64,000 nt of DNA from Pseudomonadota bacterium (GCA_021323945.1 JAJPKA010000003.1:133429-197428), one strand, 5' to 3'; positions 20,257 to 29,418 are shown, counted from the stretch's first letter. The notes: generated by a model from the sequence alone, not told the origin. Numbers and translations: made by a program.

Positions 20257-21644
20257 GGATAGCAGTAGGAATCAGAAGAGGAATCGCCTCCTTCAAGCCG
20301 TACTTGGTGAGCACGTTCACCAGTGAATGGAACAAAGAAGTCCGGGTCAACTTCGAGACCGCCACCGGGACGCGCGTTGACAATGGTAACCCAGCCCCGG
20401 ATCCCCTCCGGAAAGAATTGCGTGTCCCATGCACCGTATAGTGAATTGCTCAAATAGATGCGGCGCCCGTCGCGGCTTAGCTCCAGCATTTGCGAGCCTC
20501 CGTTCAATGCTCCACCCTTGGGGTGCGGCGCATGGGAGACAATGCCCCCTAGACGCACTTTGCCTGTCAGCTTCGGATTGAACGGATCACTCACGTCCCA
20601 CTGCTGGAGGTCGCCGGTACCAAAGCAGGCGATATACAAAAAACGGTCGTCCAGGCTTAAGTTGATGTCAGTGATTAACGGTGGCACCGCTTTGAACGGT
20701 TTCAGGGCAGGTGGCAGCTGCTCGGGGTCCGCAGGTTCAGCGGGAATTTCGATGATCTTTTTCACTCCCCAGCCGCCGTTGGCGCGATGCCACAACCAGA
20801 TCGACCCCGTCAGATCTTTGTTCGAAACAACCACGCCGACAAAACCATAGGCGCGAGTGGGATCATGCGCTGGACGCAGCTCCAAGGCCATCTGATGTTC
20901 CGCACCCAAATCGAGCGCTTGGAGATGGCGACGTTTGCGCAGATCCCAAAGATGGAGAGCGTGGCCATATTTGCCGCCTAGCAGGAGGTCTGGCTGAAGG
21001 CCATGCTCGACCATCTTTGGTGTGCCCCATTCGCTGGTAATTGCCACGTCATACCCCAAGTGCCACCAGAAATCGTATGCCAGGTACTGCGAACCACGGT
21101 CCACTTCCCAGCGTCCCAAAACGTCGAAGCTGTCATGATCCAACAGGAACAACCCGCCCGGCCCCTCGCCATCAGGTGTCCCCAGAGCGCTGACATAGAT
21201 GGCATCAGGTCCACAGTGAATCGTATGGGGGCGGCTATATCCGCTGCGCCGGGCCAGTTCTTCGGGTTCAATAACTTTGACGATTTGAGGGTTTCGCGGG
21301 TCGGGTTTGGTGTCAATGATGTGAATGCGTGACGAGCGAAGACCGGGCACGATCAGATAGCGGCGTTCCACGTGCGGGTGGGGTGCGTAGGGGCAGAGCG
21401 CCGCGCTACATGCATTCCAGCCAAAATGATGCAGCTCATCACCCGCATAGGGCATCTCAACCCGGCCCACCACTTGACCATAACTGGGTGACTGAGGATC
21501 GGTATCCAGCACGCAAATCGCATCAGGACGGCCGTTCGAAGCGTCGGGATTGAAGACCGCTACATAGGCAAGCTTTTCGCGTGGCGCCTGCATCGCCATC
21601 CGCGGCGATGGGTAGAAAGTTTGATCCGTTTTCCATAGAGCCAT
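20253..21644 (-). CDS. Selenium-binding protein family (SBP56/SELENBP1 homolog; methanethiol-oxidase-like)
   Basis: 463 aa. Beta-propeller-type sequence with hallmark segments (HHFGWNACSAALCPY...RPHTIHCGPDAIYVSALG...GSQMLELSRDGRRIYLSNSLYGAWDTQFFPEG) matching SBP56 end to end. Confidence 0.85.
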   Translation of the reverse strand: MALWKTDQTFYPSPRMAMQAPREKLAYVAVFNPDASNGRPDAICVLDTDPQSPSYGQVVGRVEMPYAGDELHHFGWNACSAALCPYAPHPHVERRYLIVPGLRSSRIHIIDTKPDPRNPQIVKVIEPEELARRSGYSRPHTIHCGPDAIYVSALGTPDGEGPGGLFLLDHDSFDVLGRWEVDRGSQYLAYDFWWHLGYDVAITSEWGTPKMVEHGLQPDLLLGGKYGHALHLWDLRKRRHLQALDLGAEHQMALELRPAHDPTRAYGFVGVVVSNKDLTGSIWLWHRANGGWGVKKIIEIPAEPADPEQLPPALKPFKAVPPLITDINLSLDDRFLYIACFGTGDLQQWDVSDPFNPKLTGKVRLGGIVSHAPHPKGGALNGGSQMLELSRDGRRIYLSNSLYGAWDTQFFPEGIRGWVTIVNARPGGGLEVDPDFFVPFTGERAHQVRLEGGDSSSDSYCYP

Positions 21645-21806
21645 AGGCTCGATCCTGCCGAGGTGGATTGTCCGTCACGATAGCTTGAGGCAGGCGTGCG
21701 GTTCAATCAACCTATGAAACATCTTGACAAGCCACGCGCCCCGTCGCTTAGCAGCATCTGACGACATGGCGGTTGGCCCCCCCTTTTGGCTTTCGCTGCC
21801 GCGCTT

Positions 21807-21818
21807 AGTACTAGTACT
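21807..21818. repeat. Perfect 12-bp palindrome AGTACTAGTACT in the AT-richer gap upstream of the SBP56 operon
   Basis: Seen directly; candidate regulator-binding site. Confidence 0.3.
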
Positions 21819-21940
21819 GACCTCGTGTTACCTTAATTCCGGTGAACCGGGCAGTGAGCTCAGCTGAAACTTGCTTTGCAGGGCGCCCAGACAGCCTCTC
21901 ACTTTGGTCTGATTTTGGTGTGCCAGTTCAAGCAGCGTCT

Positions 21941-21952
21941 GGTCTTAAGACC
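21941..21952. repeat. Perfect 12-bp palindrome GGTCTTAAGACC in the same intergenic gap
   Basis: Seen directly; candidate regulator-binding site. Confidence 0.3.
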
Positions 21953-22209
21953 GCAGTTTGCGCAATGAGCGAAAACAAGTGTCTTAGGGTCATTGTAGCA
22001 AAACGATTGCCCCAATCACCTGTATACTCGCCAACCTCGGCGCAAATTATAACTTCGCCAACAAGCCCGGTAAAAACAGCGACGAAATTTCTTCGAGGCG
22101 GGAAATCGACCGAGGTTCCCGTCGCCCAGCGTCTGTATCGTGGGTTGAACCAAAACCTGGAACACCATTTCTGAAGATCGCGAACAGATAGAAAATCGGA
22201 GAACCCTAC

Positions 22210-22554
22210 ATGGTCAAATTAATAATCTGTGCTAGCCGTAAACCAGATATCAGCCGAGCGGAATTTGACGCTTATTGGCGAGACAGGCATGGCCCGCTGG
22301 TAAAAAGTGTGACTGAATTCGCGCGACACGTGCGCAAGTACGTCCAGTGTCATATCGTCGAGGGCGCCACTCCCTTCGGTATCCCGGGCTCCTACGATGG
22401 CGTGGCCGAACTCTGGTTCGACAGTGCCGAAGCGGCCGCACAGGCATTCAAAGAACCGAAATATCTAGAGATAATCCGACCCGACGAACTGAAATTTGTC
22501 GACCCACAGCGGTGTATTTCCTTCCTTACTGAAGAACTCCCAATCATTGACTAG
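22210..22554 (+). CDS. EthD family protein (dimeric alpha/beta-barrel; ether/aromatic degradation-associated)
   Basis: MVKLIICASRKPDISRAEFDAYWRDRHGPLV...GVAELWFDSAEAAAQAF is the canonical EthD domain. Codon usage is visibly richer in A/T-ending codons than neighbouring genes. Confidence 0.7.
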   Translation: MVKLIICASRKPDISRAEFDAYWRDRHGPLVKSVTEFARHVRKYVQCHIVEGATPFGIPGSYDGVAELWFDSAEAAAQAFKEPKYLEIIRPDELKFVDPQRCISFLTEELPIID

Positions 22555-23086
22555 GGTGCGATCTCGGCCGCCTGATAGGCGGAAGGATGCCGAGACCATC
22601 AAGTAGAGCCTGCAGGTGCAAGAACCATGCAGCAAGATGGGGTTGCTTGGCGGTGGGAGCAACGCAAAAGCCTGACCAAAGATGACGTTTAGTTCAATGG
22701 CGTCTGGCTTTGCTCATTGCCGCCGCAACCGCACGAACTGACGCCAATCACCACCTTTTCGAACTTCAGCCTTCCCTCAATCTCTGTGCCGCGAATATCA
22801 TGGTTGGGCTACCGAGGGGTCTTCTCATGGACTTGACGAGCCGAGATGCCGGCCTTTTGGCAACTGCTCTGCAGTTGTGTGGAGCCTCGCGTGAGTTTGG
22901 GAAGATTGATTCCACTGACCGCGCCTCATCCTTCTTGAAAAAATTGGGCTTCAAGCTGATTCGGCCCTGAACTAACCGAAGGCCCGCTTATGACTGGCAC
23001 GGCTGCGAGCTTGGGACGATCCGCCGATGCCAAAATGTTGTTGCAAGGGACAAGCGAGATGCCTTAAAGATTTTGATTAATTAGGG

Positions 23087-24241
23087 GTGCCAACATTTCC
23101 CTATCCGACCATGAATATCTGTGTAGATTCCGATTCACACCTGCTCGAACCTAACGAAATTGCCAGTCAATACGTCGCATCGAAGTATCGCGAGTCGGTG
23201 CCGCAGGTCGTCGAGCAGAATGGTATTGCGTACATCAAAATTGAAGGTCGGGTGTTTGATGAGCTCCCGATCGCGGCGGCCAGCGTGCCCAACGGGCTCT
23301 GCCAACTAAGCCAGACCCTCAACACGAAGTGGGATGAAGTGCCGCCCGGTGCGAAGGAACCTCACGCCCGCGTGCAAGTGCTTGATTCTGAAGGGCTAAC
23401 GGCCAGCATTCTCTATCCCACCATTGGTTTGCTTTACGCCGGTATCAGAGATCCCGAAGTCGCGGCAGTTACCTGCAACGCGTATAACCGATGGGTTGCC
23501 GACTTTTGCAGAGTCGCGCCCACGCGTTTGTACGCAGTGGGGACTGTGCCGCTTCAAAGCATCGATTTGGCAACCGTGGAGCTGGAGAACATCGCCAAGC
23601 TGGGTTTATGCGGCGCCACCATCCGGCCAACCCCGTCCAACGGCCGTCGGCTCAACGACCCGGCCTATGAAGGTTTCTGGAAGGCAGCCGAAGAGCTTAA
23701 CCTGTCGATTTCGATTCATGGGAGTTTTGCAATTGATACGATCCCAAGCGTAGCCAGCGACCGTTACCCAAACCGGGAACTATTTTTCAGTCACGTCATC
23801 TGTCACCCCCTCGAGCAGCAGATGGCCTCGCTGGATATCATCTGTGGCGGCGTGCTCGCACGCCATCCGAAGCTACGAATCTCTTTTCTGGAAGCCGGCT
23901 CGGGCTGGATCCTCTATTGGCTCGACCGGCTTGACAGCCACTATGAAAAGATGGGTCAGTTGATACCGTGGCTGAAGCAGCGGCCTTCCGATTACTTCCG
24001 CCAGCAATGCTGGATTGCTTACGACCCTGACGAGACCACCTTGGAATACGTGCTGCAACACGGACTGGGCCGCAATATTCTCTGGGGCGCGGACTATCCC
24101 CATTTCGACTGTCTATATCCAGGGGCCTTGAATGAATTGAGGCAAAAGCTTAGTCGGTTCCCCGACCACGTCGAAACCTGGCTGCTACGAGACAACCCCT
24201 CAAGTTTTTATAACATCGACTTCGCGCAATTGAGCGCTTAA
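23087..24241 (+). CDS. Amidohydrolase_2 (PF04909) family metal-dependent hydrolase/decarboxylase, second paralog
   Basis: VDSDSHLLEP metal-binding start, HGSF, and C-terminal WGADYPHFD, the same family as 14779..15924. The start may be the ATG at 23111. Confidence 0.8.
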   Translation: MPTFPYPTMNICVDSDSHLLEPNEIASQYVASKYRESVPQVVEQNGIAYIKIEGRVFDELPIAAASVPNGLCQLSQTLNTKWDEVPPGAKEPHARVQVLDSEGLTASILYPTIGLLYAGIRDPEVAAVTCNAYNRWVADFCRVAPTRLYAVGTVPLQSIDLATVELENIAKLGLCGATIRPTPSNGRRLNDPAYEGFWKAAEELNLSISIHGSFAIDTIPSVASDRYPNRELFFSHVICHPLEQQMASLDIICGGVLARHPKLRISFLEAGSGWILYWLDRLDSHYEKMGQLIPWLKQRPSDYFRQQCWIAYDPDETTLEYVLQHGLGRNILWGADYPHFDCLYPGALNELRQKLSRFPDHVETWLLRDNPSSFYNIDFAQLSA

Positions 24242-24388
24242 GGCTGAGGTATTTGTGGGCAATTCAAGCCCGGTACCAACTGACATATCGACTGAGGGCA
24301 AGCTGACAGATTGTCAGCTCACCGTAATCGCGCTCCGATTGGGGAAACGTCATGCCCCTGCCGAAGCGGGGCGCTGGAGGATTTCGGG

Positions 24389-24850
24389 ATGAAATCATTG
24401 GACGATATAGTTTCGTTGGTGGGGCGAATTCTGTTGGCCCTCATTTTCGTGCTATCGGGCTTCAGCAAGGTGATGAACCTGAGTGGAACTGCGGGCTATA
24501 TGGAGCAGGCCGGTATTCCTTCCAGTTTGGTGTACCCCGCTCTGTACCTCAGCATCGCGGTGGAGTTGGGATGCGGACTGCTCTTGATGGCGGGTTTGCA
24601 AACGAGGTGGGCGGCGGTAGTGATCTTTCTGTGGCTGATTCCAGTAACCCTGCTTTTTCACGTGGCCGGATATTACCGCGCTGTTCAGCAGCATCAGGCC
24701 GTGGTCGCCCTGACTCAGCAGATTATGTACTTGAAGAATCTGGCAATAATGGGCGGTCTGCTGATTTTGGCAGCTACGGGCCCGGGAAGTCTCAGTATCG
24801 ACTCGCGCGGCTTCGGCGATCGCGCGGCGGCTTCAAGACGTGCCGCTTGA
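24389..24850 (+). CDS. DoxX family membrane protein
   Basis: LVGRILLALIFVLSGFSKVMNLSGTAGYMEQAGIPSSLVYPALYLSIAVELGCGLLLMAG is the classic DoxX 4-TM pattern. GGAGGA RBS 8 nt upstream of the ATG at 24389. Confidence 0.75.
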   Translation: MKSLDDIVSLVGRILLALIFVLSGFSKVMNLSGTAGYMEQAGIPSSLVYPALYLSIAVELGCGLLLMAGLQTRWAAVVIFLWLIPVTLLFHVAGYYRAVQQHQAVVALTQQIMYLKNLAIMGGLLILAATGPGSLSIDSRGFGDRAAASRRAA

Positions 24851-24934
24851 TTCCTGGATAGTTGGAAAAGGGCTCTCGAGGCGTGGCGCAACGGCCTGCC
24901 CGCCTCGAGGCCGGCATCGATGCAGCAGAAGCCG

Positions 24935-25261
24935 CTAGGCTGACTGGCTGGGGGCGGATTTGACGAGCTGCTGTAGCTCGCCCGTCTCGTAAAGTTCTCG
25001 GATTATGTCGCAGCCGCCTATGAACTTGCCGTCAATGTAAACTTGCGGAATCGTCGGCCAATTGCTGTAGACCTTTATCTGTTCGCGCAACTCGGGATCA
25101 CTCAGCACGTCTACCGTCGCATAAGGTACCCCCAGTTCGTCAAAAACCTGAACGGTGGCCGCAGAAAAACCACACATCGGGAAATTGCGGTTACCTTTCA
25201 TGAAGATGCATATCCGATTTTCTGTGATCGCGGATTTAATTCGATCGATCACTTCAGACAT
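24935..25261 (-). CDS. grxD: Grx4-type monothiol glutaredoxin
   Basis: CGFS active site (NFPMCGFSAATVQVF) and conserved WPTIPQVYIDGKFIGGCDI. Confidence 0.85.
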   Translation of the reverse strand: MSEVIDRIKSAITENRICIFMKGNRNFPMCGFSAATVQVFDELGVPYATVDVLSDPELREQIKVYSNWPTIPQVYIDGKFIGGCDIIRELYETGELQQLVKSAPSQSA

Positions 25262-25266
25262 TCCCT

Positions 25267-25557
25267 TTACCTCCCAGTCGTATACTGCAGGGGTGTCAAA
25301 GTCCTGAGCGACAGCGCATGGATTTGCTCCCTCATGGCATCCCCTAACGTGGCGTAGACCACCTGGTGGCGCTCAACGAGGCTTTTGCCGTCAAACGAAT
25401 CGCTTACCACCAAGGCTTCGAAATGGTCGCCACCGCCTGTCGTGTCACGAACCTCGACATAGGCACCTGGCAAGCCCCGCTCGATTAAGCGTTTGATTTC
25501 CTCAGCCTCCATTCCCGTCGATTTTAGCGCGGCGACCTCGACCAATTCCACCGTCAC
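25267..25557 (-). CDS. BolA family protein
   Basis: GGGDHFEALVVSDSFDGKSLVERHQVVY is the BolA signature. It sits immediately upstream of the Grx4 gene (the standard BolA-Grx pair). Confidence 0.8.
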   Translation of the reverse strand: MTVELVEVAALKSTGMEAEEIKRLIERGLPGAYVEVRDTTGGGDHFEALVVSDSFDGKSLVERHQVVYATLGDAMREQIHALSLRTLTPLQYTTGR

Positions 25558-25796
25558 CGAGCTTGCGCGATCAGTTAGCTCGAACGCAGCGGTTGTAGGT
25601 GCCCGTGCCCGCGAAAGTCATTAGCTCAGCTTACTCATCTTTTGAATCAGACCTTATGACAAGAGTTGCCAGAGATATCGCAAATGGCTTATCTAGAAAT
25701 AGTAGGAGACATCTTGTTGCTGCACCACTAGTGCTAGCTGGATAAATCCTCAACGTCTGCGGCCAGAGTTTAAAACTCCGGTTTCGGAGGAAACTC

Positions 25797-26798
25797 ATGA
25801 GACAGTCAAAAGGACGAATCGTTGCGGACGGCGTGATGGCAGGTCTGCTCGGAGGGTTGATTATTGCCCTCTGGTTTTTAATCTTCGACGCGGCCAGTGG
25901 CCATCCACTGCAAACTCCTGCGCTCCTCGCCGCGGCTCTGCTGCATGGAGCCCGCACACCGGTGACGCTTACCGCGCCAGCTTGGACGCTTGTGGCCGAA
26001 TACACTGTGGCGCACTTTGCGGTCTTCGCGGTGCTGGGGGCTATCGGGGCGCTTCTGATCGACGGGGCGGAGAGCCATCCGGAATTGTTCGGCACATTGC
26101 TGATCTTCACGATCGCTTTTGAGGTGTTCTTCATTGCGCTGGTGATGCTGGCAGGACCTGCGGCATCGGCTGCGATGCCCTGGTGGAAGATCATCGTCGG
26201 AAACCTGATGGCGACGGCGGGAATGCTTGGGTTCTTCCTGTGGCGGCAGCCGTCTCTCGCCCAGAATATCATGGGCGACTGGACCGGTGTGGTACGAGAA
26301 GGAGCAGTTTCAGGAATTATTGGCGGTGTAATCGTGGCAGTCTGGTTCCTCATCTACGATGTCGTCACTGGGCATCCTTTTCATACACCGGCGCTGTTAG
26401 GAGCAATCGTCTTTAACGCCTTGCATCAGCCGGAAAGTTTCGCCGTTACCACCGCCCTGGTCCTGGGATACACAGCGCTGCACTTTTTCGCCTTCGTGAT
26501 GTTTGGCGTCGCTTCATCCATTCTGATGGTGGCGTCGGAGCATGAACCTGTACTGGCGCTAGGTGAACTGGTCTTGTTCGTTTGGTTCGAGCTCTGCTTC
26601 GTAGCGTTTGTCACTTTCCTTGACGCTACGGCGGTCGAAGAGATTGGATGGTGGAACATAATCGGCGGTAATATTGTCGCGCTCGCAGCGATCGTCGCGT
26701 ATTTCGAACACCGGCACCCGCGTATCGTCGGCCGAATCATCGAGCGCTGGGAAGGGTTGCGTGACGAGGCCGCGGCTCAGCGTGGGGCTGCTCGCTGA
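25797..26798 (+). CDS. Integral membrane protein built from two homologous ~150-aa repeats (about 2 x 4 TM), unknown function
   Basis: Repeat 1 (about 25818-26285) and repeat 2 (about 26304-26760) align along their length: GLLGGLIIALWFLIFDAASGHPLQTPALLAAALLHG vs GIIGGVIVAVWFLIYDVVTGHPFHTPALLGAIVFNALHQ; AEYTVAHFAVFAVLG vs LGYTALHFFAFVMFG; PWWKIIVGNLMA vs GWWNIIGGNIVA. Confidence 0.6.
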   Translation: MRQSKGRIVADGVMAGLLGGLIIALWFLIFDAASGHPLQTPALLAAALLHGARTPVTLTAPAWTLVAEYTVAHFAVFAVLGAIGALLIDGAESHPELFGTLLIFTIAFEVFFIALVMLAGPAASAAMPWWKIIVGNLMATAGMLGFFLWRQPSLAQNIMGDWTGVVREGAVSGIIGGVIVAVWFLIYDVVTGHPFHTPALLGAIVFNALHQPESFAVTTALVLGYTALHFFAFVMFGVASSILMVASEHEPVLALGELVLFVWFELCFVAFVTFLDATAVEEIGWWNIIGGNIVALAAIVAYFEHRHPRIVGRIIERWEGLRDEAAAQRGAAR

Positions 26799-26869
26799 CG
26801 GGACTTGTGCCTGGCAAGCTTTTACCATATTTGGCAGGGTAACCTCCGCCCGGTTATTTCAGAGTACCT

Positions 26870-27751
26870 GTGATGAACACTAGACGGCGTGAGAGAATCA
26901 TTGACGAAGTCGAGGCTGCCAGCTGGCTCGAGGATGGCATGACCATAGCCATCGGGCAGCCGACACCGATGGCTCTCGTTCGACAAATAATCCGGCGCGG
27001 CCTCAAGAACCTGACCGTCGTGGATGCGGGCTTCTCACTCGATCTGTTAATAGCAGCGGGATGCGTGCGAAAGGTTATTACATACTATGCCGGCGGGGGC
27101 TTCGGCATTCCGGTAATGCCCGCCTTTCGTCATGCGGCCGAGCTGGGTGAGATCGAAATTTGGGAATGCGAAGAAGGCATCCTCTGCGCTGGCTTGCAGG
27201 CGGCAGCACAACTGCTCCCGTTCTTACCGTGGCGAGGGGGTGTAGGAACGTCTTTGCCGGAGGTCAATCCCGATCTCAAGGTTTTCACTGATCCAATCAA
27301 GGGCGAGACACTTTTGGCCGTTCCCCCGATCAAACCCGACATCGCCCTTCTGCATGCCGCCACCGCCGATATGTACGGCAACGTGCAACATTACGGGGGG
27401 CCTGGTTGGATCGATCTTTTCATGTATCGAGCAGCGGATCGTACTGTAGTCCAGGTCGAGCGCGTGATCTCGAACGAACAGGTCCGCGCGGATCCGTGGA
27501 AGACGACAATTCCCGCGGCTGATGCCATCGTGCGTGCTCCTTTCGGTGCACATCCGTTCTACTCACGCGGTTTCTACGTGCAGGATAACGAGCATCTTCG
27601 GGAGTACAGTTCTCTATCTTCCGACTTCGCAGCTGGCAGAACTGAAGGAATGACGATGTATCTCGAGCGATACTGCCGCCGCCCGCCCACGCACGCGGAC
27701 TATCTGGAAGAGATTGGCATAAAGCGGCTACTCTCGTTACATGAATACTAA
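26870..27751 (+). CDS. CoA-transferase family I, subunit A (glutaconate/3-oxoacid CoA-transferase alpha-like)
   Basis: AASWLEDGMTIAIGQPTPMALVRQIIRRGLKNLTVV and the conserved core match CoA-transferase A subunits. It is followed by a B subunit. Confidence 0.8.
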   Translation: MMNTRRRERIIDEVEAASWLEDGMTIAIGQPTPMALVRQIIRRGLKNLTVVDAGFSLDLLIAAGCVRKVITYYAGGGFGIPVMPAFRHAAELGEIEIWECEEGILCAGLQAAAQLLPFLPWRGGVGTSLPEVNPDLKVFTDPIKGETLLAVPPIKPDIALLHAATADMYGNVQHYGGPGWIDLFMYRAADRTVVQVERVISNEQVRADPWKTTIPAADAIVRAPFGAHPFYSRGFYVQDNEHLREYSSLSSDFAAGRTEGMTMYLERYCRRPPTHADYLEEIGIKRLLSLHEY

Positions 27752-27788
27752 CTTTCCGAAGCTGTGAAGACACGCTTCGAGCAAGCTC

Positions 27789-28577
27789 ATGGACGACTAC
27801 TCAATTCCGGAATTGATGGCTGTGTGTCTTGCTCGCGATCTACGGGATGGTGAGCTCTTGCGAGTTGGGGTCGCGACGCCTGTCGCGGAGGCCGCCGTCA
27901 GACTTGCTCATTTGACCCACGGGCCGAACATGGAGCTTGTGTTTCTGGGAGCACGCATGAACGTAGCCCACCTTGATACGATCCCGATGCCTGCATTTGG
28001 GTGGGATAGCCGTGCAGTGCGATGGGCCGAATCATATAGCGATACAGGTCATCGCTTCGATCGTCTAAAGGATTGGTCGAACAGCGTCTTTTTTATTGGC
28101 GGAATTCAGGTTGATCCTTTCGGCAATACCAACTTGATCGGCGTAGGTTCGGACTTTCGCCGGCTAAGATTTCGCGGACCTGGTTCGGTCGGTACAGCTA
28201 CGCTAAGTACTCATGTCGGCCGCTATTATATCGTATTGAACAATCACAATCGGCGATTGTTCGTTGAAAAATGCGACTACATAAGCGCGTACGGATGGGG
28301 CAGTGGCGGCGCAGACGCGCGCAGCCGAATCGGTATCCCGGGTGGTGGCCCGAAATATTGTATCACGCCTCTATGCGTTATGGACTTTGCTGAAGATTCC
28401 AAGCGTATGCGCCTCAAGTCCCTTCATCCAGGCGTAAAACTCGAAACGGTAAAGCAGGCTACGGGCTTTGAATTGCTGGTTCCGGACATTCTGCCGACGA
28501 CCGAGCCTCCCAGCGCTCAGGAACTGCAAATCTTGAGAACTCGGGTCGATCCGAGTGGCCGCCTGCGGCGCGGCTGA
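27789..28577 (+). CDS. CoA-transferase family I, subunit B
   Basis: ELMAVCLARDLRDGELLRVGVATP...FFIGGIQVDPFGNTNL is typical of the beta subunit. Confidence 0.8.
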   Translation: MDDYSIPELMAVCLARDLRDGELLRVGVATPVAEAAVRLAHLTHGPNMELVFLGARMNVAHLDTIPMPAFGWDSRAVRWAESYSDTGHRFDRLKDWSNSVFFIGGIQVDPFGNTNLIGVGSDFRRLRFRGPGSVGTATLSTHVGRYYIVLNNHNRRLFVEKCDYISAYGWGSGGADARSRIGIPGGGPKYCITPLCVMDFAEDSKRMRLKSLHPGVKLETVKQATGFELLVPDILPTTEPPSAQELQILRTRVDPSGRLRRG

Positions 28578-28608
28578 TGCGTTAACCGCTTCCCAACAAA
28601 ATCGCCGG

Positions 28609-29418
28609 CTACTCAGGAACACCACCGGGCGGGGCCTCGACCTGCTCGGGCGGCACGCTTTGGTGTATCAGTATCGTATGCCAGCGCGCACGAAACCATG
28701 GCACACCGTCGCGCCATCCGGTGACAATGCCTTTCACGTGCATTCCATCGGCTTCGATCCTGCAATCGAGTTCCGCGACTTCATGAACTGAGAAGGTATC
28801 AGCTTTCAAAGAATCGGCGCGAACCGGGAATTCATCAAAATTCAGATCGGACCGCATCGAGGCGTAATGGCGTCCGTCGGACGAGAGTAAGGTCATCCGG
28901 CCCTGTGCATTGGTTATACGATCGTTCTCTTCTATCCCAGCTTCGGTAAACGTCAAGACAAAGGGGCCATTGCCGATTCGCCGGTAACATAGCCGGTAAG
29001 TCTTGGGCGTCCAAAACCCCAACTTTGCACCGCCCGGCAGCCGTTCAACGGAATCCAAATATTCGACCCTGCCTTCCCAGCAACCACGAAAAACCGCGGG
29101 CAAGGTGGGTTGGCTCTGATAAACCGGTTTCGAACGGAGAGTCGGTTGCGCCGCTGTCGGCTGAGTCGCCAATGCCGGCTCGTTGGCTCCAGGGGATGGG
29201 AGCTGAGGGGCTATTTGGGGGAGCGTGCGAACGTCCGACTCTTGCGCTGAATGTGGCGTTGGAGGCACGACTCCCGGTGACGACCCATAGCCGGGCGAGT
29301 AACGCTGCGATGATTGTTGCGGCAGCAAGGCCTCGTCCTGACCTGCCGAACGCCCCACCGATATCATCAGAAGGGCGACGATTATGACCGCTAGTCGTTT
29401 ATTCGGGTTTCGCATCAC
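28609..29418 (-). CDS. Hypothetical secreted protein (signal peptide, Pro/Gln-rich N-terminal region)
   Basis: MMRNPNKRLAVIIVALLMISVGRSAGQ signal peptide; the rest is unrecognised. Confidence 0.5.
   Translation of the reverse strand: MMRNPNKRLAVIIVALLMISVGRSAGQDEALLPQQSSQRYSPGYGSSPGVVPPTPHSAQESDVRTLPQIAPQLPSPGANEPALATQPTAAQPTLRSKPVYQSQPTLPAVFRGCWEGRVEYLDSVERLPGGAKLGFWTPKTYRLCYRRIGNGPFVLTFTEAGIEENDRITNAQGRMTLLSSDGRHYASMRSDLNFDEFPVRADSLKADTFSVHEVAELDCRIEADGMHVKGIVTGWRDGVPWFRARWHTILIHQSVPPEQVEAPPGGVPE

Noticed and set aside
25631-26353. 240-aa minus-strand ORF opposite the internally duplicated membrane protein
   Set aside because: Antisense to a frame with clear TM periodicity and an internal repeat. 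The translation is Ala/Ser/Pro-rich noise.
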